DNA of 60,477 nucleotides from Gonapodya sp. JEL0774 (Eukaryota), in the NCBI GenBank assembly GCA_027604505.1, contig JADIIX010000029.1:124001-184477 (forward strand), given 5' to 3'. This document shows, piece after piece, positions 12,656 to 25,258 of the stretch (position 1 is its first letter; the number at the start of each line of letters is the position of its first letter). Both the position numbers and the translations under genes were made by a program. The notes below the pieces were generated by a model, which was not told where the DNA came from, made no database searches, and was given only the letters and a program-made list of their open reading frames with translations.

Positions 12656-15600
12656 CTAGAGTTCCAGCTCTCCCAGAACTTGTACATTTTCACTTCTGGA
12701 ACTCTCTGCAAAACTGCCACCCCGTGAGCGTTTCCGTCGCATGCCAATACTCTCTTCTTCATCTACATCATCCTCCGAATCTTCTTCCATGTCTCCCTTG
12801 GGCATGCCAAGCTCCAATCTCTTCAGCCCCTGGAGCGAGTGAGGTCTGCTCCCAGGTTTACTTGAGGTCGAGGAATAGCTCTCAGTCGTATAGCTGGCAG
12901 AACTATAGCTGTTCGACGAATAAGAAGATCGTGAAATGTCACTGTCCTCGTCTGCATCGCGATCGATAAGTCCGACTTCAGAGTTCGATCGCGCTCTTTG
13001 ACGACCTCGACTGGGCGGATCCACACGTTCACGCTCGACAACTTTCACAGAGGCTCCAGTCGTCTCAATCACGGAATCGGGATGCTTGAGAATTCCGTGC
13101 CCCGGTTCGGCGCCAGGATGAGGTTCGTGCTTGACCATTCCCGACTCCACGTCCGAGTACTGATCCTGTGATCGAACACTACCCTGCTTTGCGAACGATT
13201 GTCTTCGGCGTCTCACAGAGGGCTTCGAGTCAGCAGATCGGACGGATCCTGAACGGCGGGACGGCGACTTGGACCGGATCCTTTTTCTTCGCTTGCGAAT
13301 TTCCTCCTCTTGCTCGATGTACTTGGTGTGTACGCTCCATTCATCAAGAAGACGTTCAGAGATGACACTTTGAAGTTTGAAACGGCGTGTCGATTATCAG
13401 AGAAGATCTGCAGCCTCGATTCAATTTTAGAGGACAATTCTGAACTCACGATCCGAGGTAAGCTAGATTTGGGATAGCAAGAAGCATGTATCCCACAAAC
13501 AGAGTGCGTGTGTTGAGATTATGAAGTACAAAGTCTCCGAAACCTTTGGAACATGGCACATTTGAGGAGGATGCCATATATATGACATAAATTTAGATCT
13601 TACCGATCGTCGACATAGCAACAAAGCAAAAGTACCTGAAAAATATCAGATCTGTTAAGTATGTTGAACAAAGCTGTGGTTCAGTATTTCACTTACATTC
13701 CGTCCAACCAGCCCCATCCAAAGTACTCGCCCCATCCTTCCATCCAGGCAAACAGGTATCCGAAGACAGCAATGTGCGTGATAAACAACATGAAGCTCCA
13801 AAAAATGTGTCCATCGAGGTGAGCCTTGGTAAGCATCTCCACATCCTCTTCTGTGATGTCAGCAGAGGTGGTGATGCTCACAGCGGGAAGGTGGTCTCCA
13901 CGCGAGAGAGTAATTGTGACCGGTGGAAGATCCTCTGTGATGCAATCTGGGGTGCAGTCCTGTGGCGGTGGTTCGCTGCTTTTGAGAAGTGAGGGCCTTC
14001 GAAGCTTTGGAGCGAGACCTGAGCGAGCCTTGAACAGAGAAGTCGGGGGAGAGATTTTTTCGAAAGGCGGTGGTTGGGAAACACTCGATGGATCAGATGG
14101 TGTACTGGTATTTGCTGCGATCTCTTGTGATCGCGACCCAAAGAGCGACTGGAGTTCCTCCACCGTCATATCGGTTGGAGAAGCACTCATCAGCACGTGG
14201 GCCGCTGTTGACGGAGACGATGACAACGATGGCGACGATTGAGGGACAGATACATCAATGCTCTCCCCATCCACACCAGTTATTGTGAGCGAGACTGCGA
14301 AGTTTTGAGGTCCAGTTGGTGTGGCACTTTCCAACTTTGTCGCCGATGGTCCTGTGTAATTCACGGGGAGACTAGACGGCACCATTTGCTTACTCAGACG
14401 ACGTCCTTTCTTGAATCTTGATGGTGGAACGATGGCGCCCGTCGACTTCCTACGGCGCACGTCGTCATTGGTCGGTTTTTCTGGGTCTCGCTCATCTGAC
14501 CGTCTCCGAACCACCATTCTCCTCGTCCGACCCGTTTCAGGTGTCTCGTCCCCTACAGACCTTTCCGATTGCTTCTCGAAACCATCCGAGTTTTCAGGTG
14601 TCACCCCCATTAAGCTCCCGATTTTGAACTTGACAATTTTGCGCAAGTCCATACTTTTTGCCTTGGGCATCTCGAGTTGAACGTGTGCCCGGTGTTTTGC
14701 ATTGTGATGGACCCTTTGGTGGTGTTCACCGTGATGATGGTGGCCGTGGTGGTGATGATGTTTGCTCACCGAAGATGTGGGTTGAGTCTCCGGCAGCGGG
14801 GTCACCGTAATGCTTCCGTAGGCCGTGTAGATAGGAGAAACGTCGAACGCGCGACTTGGAGACCGTGACCGAGATCGAGATTGACCCCGTATTACGTTCT
14901 CAGTCGGACGGATACTCGGGACTAGAAACTTCGATAACAGTGGGTCTGATGGCAATTCACTCTGGTGGTCGCCGTCAAGACCGTCAAGACCCAGTCGCGT
15001 CGCCGGTGCGTCCCCAGCATTGAAATACGGTGGAGGGGCGAGATTATTTGGATTCAAGTGAGACTGAACTTCGTCCGCAAACGTTCCATGGAAATCGTCC
15101 GAGTGGTAGGCGAAGAGCTCGGCGAACGTTCCAGCGAGGGACACAGTCAGGAGTTCAAGAACGACCTATGTAGAAGCGCCAATGAGGTTCCGTTTGGAGC
15201 TTCAGTGGGCTATCGGATCTATTCACCTCACGAACACCCCATATGAGAAGTCCGAAGAGTGTAACGCCAACGAAACCGAGGACGAGGAGGCCGGCACGTC
15301 CGAGAAAGGTCGCCGGAGAAAAGTCACCAAAGCCAATCGTGAGGAAAGCGACGACACTATTTGCGCACAAGGCAGATGGTAAGCTGCACATGTCAGCATG
15401 CACTGACGCAAGGGTTGGTGCACTCACCAGAAGTATACAGCATCATCGTAATTCCAGTCTTCCACAGTGCTGAAGTAGGTTGCGCTGAGTATAAGAAAAA
15501 AGGTGAGGAGGATGACGAGAAGCACCAACTGCTTCTGTCGGTCTGTCATGCCAAGACGATCCTTCAAGTGGAGCCCTCCCCAGAGGCGGCGACGATTGAG

Positions 15601-16331
15601 AACATCATGGGTTCGAGCGGAAGTCACAAAAAATGCGAGCGTAAATGCAGCTAAAGCGTAATAGTAGCCTTCGGTGTACCGAATGCCAGAAGGGAGTGGC
15701 ATTCCAGTGTCCACGAGGAATGCGGTGAGGGCGGCGGCGACGAACAACACTGATTAAAGGTGAACGGTAAGAAAAATAGCTACGTTGAACAAATGTCAGG
15801 TCGTTACAAACCGTGAATCCAGCCAGACGCGATCATGGTCCAGGTCATGGCAACCCTCCACGCCTCCCAACAACGGAGCATGAGGGCGGTTGACTCAATA
15901 AACGAGGCGGCAACCGCAAGCGAGAGGAGAGTTACGAGATAAAATGGACGGTGCAGATATATGCATTTGGTATTGTCCTGGTGGAGGGGATTCGCCGACG
16001 AACGGAATCGATCCTGGCGGGACCTGTCGACTCCGGCCAATTCACCACGTTCCACCCAGTACCGACTTCTTCCGAGACGATCGCGGGGGTCCCTCGCATC
16101 AAGCGATGTCGGATGCGTTTGAGATGTGCCGTGAATCAGTCTATCCGCTTTCCAGACATCAACCATCGGTGTGGTTTGTCCCTGAGTACCAGTTTCGAGT
16201 TTCACAAATGAGCCCCCTACATCCTCAGGGCAGCCCGTATAAAGCCATCCGCGAGCGTATAGAGATTCAACCGTAAGGAGGAGCGTCATTGGCAGGAGAA
16301 TTGACGTCAAGAGTGGAGCATGACGCTGCAT
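12656..16331 (-). CDS. TOK1: Tandem-pore (TOK-type) potassium channel with a long cytosolic inter-pore loop
   Basis: Two pore loops after splicing, YFW-VVAFLTIGFGDFSP and YFCFVAMSTI-GFGDFVL, preceded by extra N-terminal TM segments and YTEGYYYAL, as in fungal 8TM/2P channels. Confidence 0.9.
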
Positions 16332-17232
16332 CTTTATGGACGCCGATGAAGAAGCGAAAGCGAGACCTGGGCGTTTACCAAGTTTCCAGTGAGCGATTCA
16401 AAGTCGAAGTTGTTGATAACGAAAGTTTACGGCACAAAAACTGAGTGAGAAGCTCGCTTTTGCGAGAGGGATCGCTTTCATGGAGGGAATGAATCGAAGC
16501 CAGAGTGCCTCCTCGCAGCGATCACGATAAAGGGTGCACAGATAAAGAGAGAGCGTAACCAGATACTATCTCAGGAAAAGAAGATGATTTTGTCCGACAA
16601 ATTACATGGACAACAGCATCTTTCTTGGATCTACGTGAGCGCCCATTTTCGCTTGGGCGGTGTGCCCATCCCTCGTTCATCCCCCACTAACAAGCTGGAA
16701 CTTCGAGAAACATCAAACGTACCCTATTCTTCCCGTCGTCTGCATCGGATTGTTAGTTGTCGGCTCGTGAAACACCGGACTTTGAGGAGCAGAGAGCAGT
16801 TTCTCCGAAACCTCCCGAGACTGCGTTTGCAACCGAAGTTATAGCAGAAGTCTCCCACAAGCCCCACAACTCTGACACAAGATGAAAGGAATTGCGTAGC
16901 AGGAACGGCAAATAGTACAACTGTACTTTGAAATCAACATTGAAAAACAAACCAACTCCGGTAAGCTGTTTGGCAAATAGATTTCACAAAAGCACAGAAT
17001 GTGCACTATGTATATTGCGTGTAAAACGCTGTGATAACCACTTCACACAAATCGATCTTCCCGGAAAGCTTCATGGGTACAGTACAAAATAGCACTGCAG
17101 GGAACACAATCCAACCCGAGCACGAGTTTCATAAGAGGTGTGCAGACCCAAAAAATACGAAAGGAATGCTGCACGCCTGATCAGCTCTCCCACCAAAATA
17201 ACAGCAAAAAAAATTTCCTCCTGTTGTCAAAC

Positions 17233-19157
17233 TCAGAAATCGTCTTCCGGGATACCGTTTATCCCCTTGAGCACAACCCATTTGTCGTAGAATCCCCTGG
17301 GGACGCGCCAGTTACGCCAGTCGAGCGGGTTCTGAAGTGGGCCCGAGAGGGACGGAAGACGTTAGTTTCATAGTGATATCAGAGGGGTAAATCGAAGATA
17401 CATACACCGCGGCAGCGTGCCTTGGAGCGAAGACTTCCAGCGGCAAGATGAAGTGGACGCCACATATCAGGGAACCGGACTAAAGAACCCGAACAGGAAT
17501 TCGGAACTTACTCCTCACAAAGCTCATCTACATCCACAATACCCAGGGCCTGGAGTGCCACCAAGTGCTCCTTGACTTCTGGACTTGGCAGTGAGTCCAC
17601 GCATCTGCTGAACCTCGTGGATTTACCGTCGGCATCACGTTGAGGAATCCCACAAAACGCAGCGACAGGGGTTGAAATTACTCGCCGGGGCTGCTGTACT
17701 TGTTCGGAAAGGGGGGGAGAAGACAAGGACGCTGTATCGGACCCAACAGGCACGTTTAGGTCGGTGGAGGCTAAGATCTCTCGGATCATGGATTCGATAA
17801 GATTGGTATCGTTGGATATTTGCGGGACAGTAGGATACCCATTGTTGCGAAGAATGTGTTCGGAAAAGTGCATGAAGAGCGGGAAAGGTGTGGGGTTACG
17901 GTCGAGGAACTGCGCAAGAGTCATTTCCATGGTTGGGTCCGACTGCATGTCGGTTGACATGACGCAAGTAGTTGAGGGCTGGTTGGCGGAGATGGGAGGT
18001 AAGCCAGCGTAGATAGATGAGAGCTGCTGCTGATCCACTGATATTTCGGATTCCTGAGGGTAGGATGCAGGTGTACTTGGCATATTTGCTCCTTCCGGAA
18101 ACTTGACGTGTGAGTTTGCATTGCTGATAAAGGACGACAAGAGGCTGCTGTTGGAAAGATCCTCCATAGTTGCAGGATCGTACATGTTGGGTGACGCATT
18201 ATTGACCGTGTTGTATGCTAGATATGACGGGTTTGCTCCGGTGGACGTGGCAAGGTTCGAATTATCGAGTGTGATTGCTCCAGTCGCAGCAGTAATGGAG
18301 ACCAGAGAAGGTGAGACACCATTTCCATAGAGCCCCTTGGTGTCTTCTTGCAACCAGGCAAAGTTTGCCTGGCCCTTTGTATCATCGCTGCCGGGAGGGG
18401 AGTAACCTCCTGAAAGACTATTTCGTGAACCTCGCCGACCTTGATCAGGAACTCCATCGTCGTCTCCATCCCCATCTGAGTCGTTATGTCTTCGAGAAGT
18501 ACCGCGAACTCGAGAGGCGCATTTTTTCATGGGGACGGGTCGCGATTCCGTGAGCTCGTGGCGCTCAACGATCGGTTCACCACCGAGAGAACGGACTTGG
18601 GCAGCAAGGTCCACAATTCTGCGCTCAAGTTCGATCACGTAGCGTTCCTTTCGCTCTATTCGGAAAGAGGAAAGAGGAAGAGGATGCGGTAGGAAAGAAC
18701 CCCATCGTCCTGAATCATTAGAGTACTGCATCAACGAGGTGCACAGAGACAATGCAACACTCACCTCGGTGGTGCCGCTGTGCCTCTGTTTCATGCACAA
18801 CACAACCCAATCATTGTCAGCGACGGGGCTCTTTGGTGGTGGAGGAGCAGTTTGGGCACATTACCTCGATTCTGCTCCTTCCTCTTTATCTTCTGCTCTT
18901 CCACATGAGGGTTCGGCTTCCTTCCTGGTTTCTTCCGTTGTCTACTCGAATTGTCATCGGCATTTCCAAACAAGGCGGTCACATGGGAAGATCGAAAGCC
19001 AGAACACAGGACGTCAAGATGGTCGGCCGACCGGTGAAAGGAACAAGGACACTCACGGAGAAAGCCCCTCCGGTTCGAAAGCGACACGAGACTCTGCCAT
19101 CGGGTGTTGACCGGAAATATCAACCAGTTTGGATGCGTTTTTGGACACCTGGGGCAT
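17233..19157 (-). CDS. bZIP transcription factor (Yap/AP-1-like basic region) with C-terminal DUF3425-like segment
   Basis: RKKPGRKP...KRKEQNR...ERKERYVIELERRIVDLAAQVRSL; C-terminus VDVDELCEELRSKARCRG-NPLDWRNWRVPRGFYDKW. The start at 19157 is inferred. Confidence 0.82.
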
Positions 19158-19557
19158 GCTGTTGTTGCCGGGTGTTGGGATCTCGGGTTCCTCAGTGTCA
19201 GCACAAACACCCATAGTTTCTGCTGATTCAGCAGATATACATATCAGTTTAATTTCTTCCTTTTTCTTGTCCCCAACACACCAATCTCACCCATGTGCAC
19301 ACTCTCCTCTTCTGAAGAATCCATTTATCGTATGAATTTTACTGAAATAGAGTATGCAGGGTCCCCCAGAATCATATCGTGCATTATATATAGTATTGGC
19401 ACACACCACATTTCATATCACGCTCCCCTCCTTGCCATATTTAGAAGCATCAAGATATACTTCTCACTGACCACCTCTCATCCCGCTCCATTGAAACTAA
19501 CTTCAAATGCCAAAAAACGTAGTCCTTACACCATGTCCTCCTGCGTGACAGCGGTCC

Positions 19558-21155
19558 TCATGTCATCACCACGTCTCTTTCACCTGGAACCCCTCCAGGA
19601 GCACTCCTGTTTCCAGCACTGCCCATCTCCTCCTCAATATCCTCGTCGAACTCCGATGGCGCGCGGCGGCGACGGGATCCCTGCTGCGCTTGCTCATCTG
19701 CGGTATAGTTGAGCTGGCGGATGGCTTCTCTGGCTGTGTAGATGGGCTCATACTCCTGATTGGGTTTTGCGTAGCACCAATGAAAACCACGCAGAGGGAA
19801 AGTGCGTCGATATAACGAAAGTGGGTACCGGCAGTCAAACTCTTCTCTCAAGCGACTGCCAGTCTTCGCGTTTCGCACGCACCTTCAATTGGCTCTTGAA
19901 CCCCTCGTTCGGATTCACACAAAATCTCCGATTCTGCACCATCATATAGGCAGTTGGAAAATCCATCTTCTTGCTCTCCATTAGGTATCCAACCACCAGC
20001 GCAGGGGATCGTGAAATGCCTCCGTTGCAGTGCACGAGAACGCGGCCACCAGCGTTAAGGGCAGCGTCAATGAACGCAGTGGATTGGCGGAAGTGTGGGA
20101 TGAGGTTCTCGAGAGGGTGGTCCGAAGCGCGACTTCAACATGAGAAGTTGGAGTGGTGGGGTAAGGAGGGGATGGATAATATTGGAGGCCATGACGTCAA
20201 TGAATTGCATTCGAGGATCAGCTCGCTGTGCAGTAACTCCTGACGAATGCTTCCAGTGAGGTTAACCAGACCTGCCTCCCGATGGCGCCTTTCTCCGGGA
20301 AAGAGATTTCGTCTTCAACGGGTGACTGGGTTCCACGTTCCGAGCTCCAAACTCACGCCACCAACCTCCTTCGCAATCACTCTAAGTGCTTTCTTTCTGA
20401 AGATATATCGGCTCCGAACCCTTGAGGATTCCAGATAACGACAGACGTGACCGCCGGTGGACTCCCAGTGACAAAAACCATGCACGTCCTCAGACATAAT
20501 ATTGCCTACTACTATGGAGCGGGAGGTGAGTCTGGAGGAGGCACCATCCGTCGCGATGAGGTTCTCTCTTCCACCCCGCCACGTTTCTCGTTCGTTTCAC
20601 GGCACACACTACCGGTACGATTGAGTCACCATCGATACGATTACGGTCGTCGGAAAGTCTTTGCGATCAAAAGAGCTTTCCAAATGTGAGACGTTCTATC
20701 CCTCCAGCTAATATCGTCAAACACACCACGCGACGATACAGGTGTCCTGGCTTTGAGTCGTTCCTTGTCATGGGCCTGCTGTAGCCATCGTGCGGAACTC
20801 CTTCTCCCAGCCAACAGTCCCGACAGAGCCCTCTGCTCTCCATATCCGCTTTTGTTGTTCTGGAGCCGACCCGTCGTAGACTTCACACACGAATCACTCA
20901 CATTTCCAAGTACACAAACTGCCCAGGAAAATGTGGTCGCAAGATGTGCCTCTCCTCATCGTCCCTCACCACAATAATGTGGGTGATTCCGTTGGCTCTG
21001 AGGGAGTCCAAGTTCTTGGACGCCGCGTGCGGGCCGACAAAGAGTCCCGGTATGATTTCCTGCATATCTCGGCGCATTTCGTAACGCCATTCATGATACT
21101 CGACATTTGGGGCTGGTGCGGTGGGGGAGGGGATAGGGCTGGACGACGGCTGCAT
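19558..21155 (-). CDS. STYX-like dual-specificity phosphatase (intact HCxxGxSR); 769-nt intron 20133-20901
   Basis: EWRYEMRRDMQEIIPGLFVGP, ILRPHFPGQFVYLE-IRASDHPLENLIPHF, VLVHCNGGISRSPALVVGYLM, VQNRRFCVNPNEGFKSQLK-EYEPIY closely follow the STYX family layout. The start is inferred. Confidence 0.88.
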
Positions 21156-21969
21156 GTATCCGAGCTGGTGATGGGGAACAGACGGACGGTCGAAGAAAGC
21201 GGAAAGGGGAGGAATGCGCGTGATAGTTGTTTGAATATTATGAGCGAGAATTGCGGTGGGGTACAAGTACCGCGGGTTCCCCCATGCCAGAGCAGGAGCG
21301 TTGAGAACCAACGCGATCAGCGCAAAAAGGAAAGTGAGCACAGGCAGAGGCTGAATCGTTAAAGGCTCATAAATTTGAGGCTGCAGCGAAGTGTGAAGCT
21401 CACCGGTGGATGGGACATCATTGAGCTGCGAGTTTGCCACAACGTACACAGCGTTGTGCTCTACCACCTTCGGTGACGGGACAAGTCGCTAGTGCGTCAG
21501 TCAGAACACCAGATTGCACAAACAGAAAAGATGACTTCGACAATACGAAAGCAAGGGGAAGGTCGAAATGACTATTCTAAAGTGCTATTTGGTACATACA
21601 TTCCTTATCTCCGGAACCTACCGGCGTACAGTCAACAGGACAGCATACCCGTCCCATTTACTGTTTGAACTTGGTGCTTGGATGTATTGTTTGGATACAT
21701 TCTAATGCCCAAGCAATCACTAAGTCCAGTTTCTAAGAACGCCCTTACAACAATAATCACAATGTGGGTGATGCAACATCGATGGGTCATATGCTACTGG
21801 GACTATATACAGAGTTTTACTCGCAGTTCAGATTATAAACATGTTTTGCGTTGTTGCATCAGATCTTTGAGTTTCTGGAGAAACGATATCCTTGTGTGAT
21901 GGACTGGAAAGTGGGAGCTTGAGTGGATCAAAGCTTCTCCAGAGCCTCGTTTACGATCTGTCGTGGATG

Positions 21970-24737
21970 TCAAATGAAATTGTCGCTTGGATTAGTTAGC
22001 TCAGATATGACGGTTGATTCTCGTTGTTCCGTTTCACCACTCACATTTTTTGCCCAACCCATTTTTTCGGGCACCCTCAGGCCCACCTTCTTGTGGGGTA
22101 AGCCTTCGCCTTTAGCGTCGGAACATGCAGTGTCTTCGTTAGCCCGTGACCGGCCAGGGCCGTACCGGTTTACATTGTTCGGAGTCGATCTGGGGTGCGT
22201 AGGCTATCAAGAAAGTATCCTTTGTAAATTCTGGTACCTGAGGCAATGCACTGTATGTTTTACTAACTGCGGGCGATCGCGCGGTGGTGTTTTCTTTTTT
22301 GATCTCCACATCCTTGAGGTCTTTTTCATGTGCTTCATTCATTGATGCCTCTGTAACCACCGATTTCTTCACTGAGATGGTGCGCTTTGTACTTTTTGAA
22401 GATGCCGAGGATCGCGGCACAGTCGAAGAGGAGAATCCACCATTGGACTCCTCCATGAGACCTGAAATCGAACCAAACGGGAGGAAAATACACCAGATTC
22501 GCTTTCATGCACACTAACACACGTTTAAGATGTCCTTGAAGGAAGGGTTTCTCGACGGTTCGTCCTTTGACGCGAGGAAGGACTGCAAGCCGACAGTGGG
22601 AGAATTAGCCCGTCAGTAACCCGAAAGAGTAACGAGACTCACCTACGAAATAGTAATATGGGGCCAACAGTATAAACTGCACCACCATCACGACAGCACA
22701 ATATTGAAACGTCGGGTTTATCACCATTCCGCCGATTACGATCGATAACGCCAAGATCACCACGGACACAGCGCCGAAGACTCCCAACGGACTTTTGAAT
22801 GGCCGAGGGAGTGTGGGCAAGATCTGACGAATGCGAATGAAGGCGAGCATGTCAATTACGAAGGCGAGCAACGTATATAACGCCGCCACATTAAGAAGGA
22901 CATCGAGGAGTGGAGAATCCTTCGGCAGAACCCAAAGTATGAAGCTAATAATGAGAGCCAAAAATGCGCTGGTGAAGGCTGCGTTTCGAGGGGTGCCATT
23001 CCCATTGTCCGTCAGAGACAGAACGGGCGGCATATAACCAGATCGAGACAAAGTGTATATATGTCTCGAGCACGTGTACAGCATTCCAAACGCGGATGCC
23101 AGCAGTATCGGAAGTTGAAGAGACATGATCAAGGGAAGGCCCCATGGAGTATCTTGAAGGTTGTATACGTGCAAAAGCGTTTCTCCCACAGGGAACGTCA
23201 TTTGCGCATATTCAAGGACCGGCGATGAGGGAATTGATACAAAAAAGACGAGAATCACGATCGTTGTAAGAGTGGCTATTTGAAGCTGCGCACCGCGTGG
23301 CTGGTTTGCACGGACGAATGTTAACAAAAAGAACCCTAAGTAGTCCGATCTAATGTGTATGCCCGAATTTAGAATTTAGCACTCACATTTTCAACCACCG
23401 TTGTTTTCGTTTCTTCGGCCATCATTGGAAACATCTCCACTCCCAAGTAGAACCACACAGAGTACGTACAGCAGCGAATCAATCCTGGCATTCCTCCTTC
23501 GAAATATGAGACACCTTGACTGACGAACTCAAACTTAACACCTGGCACTGCCGCTAATGTCAAAGAGACAACGCCAACTATCGATATCAAGGCAATCCAG
23601 AATGCGAAGGTAAAGAGTGGCATTAAGGGCTGGCAGCAGATGAACGTGAGAATGACGTAGGCCATCAACCACCACATAGGCTCAAACCGGTTGGAGAGTC
23701 CTGTGATAATTGTGATGGCTTCAGCTGATACCAGATGAGAGTCAGCGACGAACACCATTCGTCTGTTCACAGAGAAGGTCAACCTACAAAATGCGGTGAC
23801 ATTCAGTGCAGTAGCAACTGCGTATTCGAAAATGTACGCATAGCCAATTACGCCTCTTGCTAAGTAGCTGCCGGAGAATGCTGCGTGGGCGAAAACGCCT
23901 GGTCCTCCCGAGAAAGGTAGGGCACTGACGAGCTCCGCCAACGATACCGTCACTGCAAACATCATGTATGTCACAATGACCGTTGCCAGGAGAAAGTTTC
24001 CCCAGCCATCGAGCAGCGCAGCGTTCCATCCAAAGATCTCCCTGTGTTTGTAAGAAATTGAGTGTCCAAGTATCAAAAGTAGGTACTGACATCGGACGAC
24101 TCACCCGGAAATAACTACTGAGACGACAATTCCCCATACACCCCATCTGTCCAAAGATAAATCGGATTAAACTTCGGCCTCATGCGCAATTTCTTCGACG
24201 GAACAGGTTCGCCCCACGAACGTACCTTTGTGCCTCGGGTAATGGTAAAATCCTCTTCTCATACCAATCCGCCCCCAGGAGAACCGTAGCGGTGTTTTCT
24301 TTCTCAAGCCCAGCTCTAAATTTTTCCATTTGCTGCAGCACTCGATCCGCTTGTGGGCCGACAACAGTACACGGGACAGCTTGAGCAGTCCCGGCGACAG
24401 GAAACATTCGACCGCCTCCTGGAAGAAGTTTTTCACTTGTCATTCGTTGCCCCATACCGAGTGCCGTGTCACTTGGGTAGCCTTTTCGGAATGAGCCCCT
24501 TCTGGGAAGTAGGGGGGAGGGACTTATTGCAGAAGTTGGGCTGGCCATCGAGAATGCGACGCTGGTGACCGAGCCTAATTCAGTGGGAGAGCTACTCTGT
24601 GGAAAGGTCCACTCTCGTGTAGAGCCAGGATTAAAGCGGGTTATTGCTGCCTGAGAGCTTAGAGGAACGTTGCTGCTCGCAGAGGTACCCGAAGGGGAAA
24701 TCTCAAGCTGAACACCATCATTCGTCGCAGTAGACAT
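21970..24737 (-). CDS. APC-superfamily amino-acid/amine permease resembling ethanolamine permease (EAT family); 3' end uncertain
   Basis: Spliced WGVWGIVVSVVISGEIFGWNAAL; SLAELVSALPFSGGPGVFAHAAF; VWFYLGVEMFPMMAEET; SRHIYTLSRSGYMPPVLS; LPRPFKSPLG. Confidence 0.85.
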
Positions 24738-25258
24738 CGATCTTAATTGTTAGAGGACAGCACCGTAGATGATGTGTGCCGACCTGGCAGCGGAGACAAT
24801 CGAACTCCAACACGGACGGTGTAGCGCTCACAGAAAGAAAGGTGCGTGTTGCCTGATCGGGGGAGTGCGAAGTGACCATGAGGATGGAAAGGGATCCAGC
24901 AATCACTTTGATAGGTCATCCATTCACGGGAGGAGCGGCCTTTCCTGCCTTGAGTCGCTCCTGGTGACGCATATACGACGATATACATGAAAACAGTAGT
25001 CCAAGTGACGGATCGATCTGCGTCCTGCATGAATAGATGATGGACTACCAAGTGGAAGCGAAGGCAAGGCAAGTCCTCCTTTTTGACGTCGACAGGGGAC
25101 GGAAGTCAAGAGAGTGGATTGTTAATTGTACATTTCTGTTTGTGCTCGTGCCAAACCGGCAAAATATCTCCGAACACATTGAATCACCAATCCCGAATAC
25201 ACTTGCCCTTAAGCAAACAACGCTGTGAAGCTGCACATCAACTGATAGCCATTCACAG

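Noticed and set aside
20480..20784. Nested antisense two-exon mini-gene in the STYX intron
   Set aside because: It can be spliced on paper but yields only ~40 aa with no recognisable features; not supportable.
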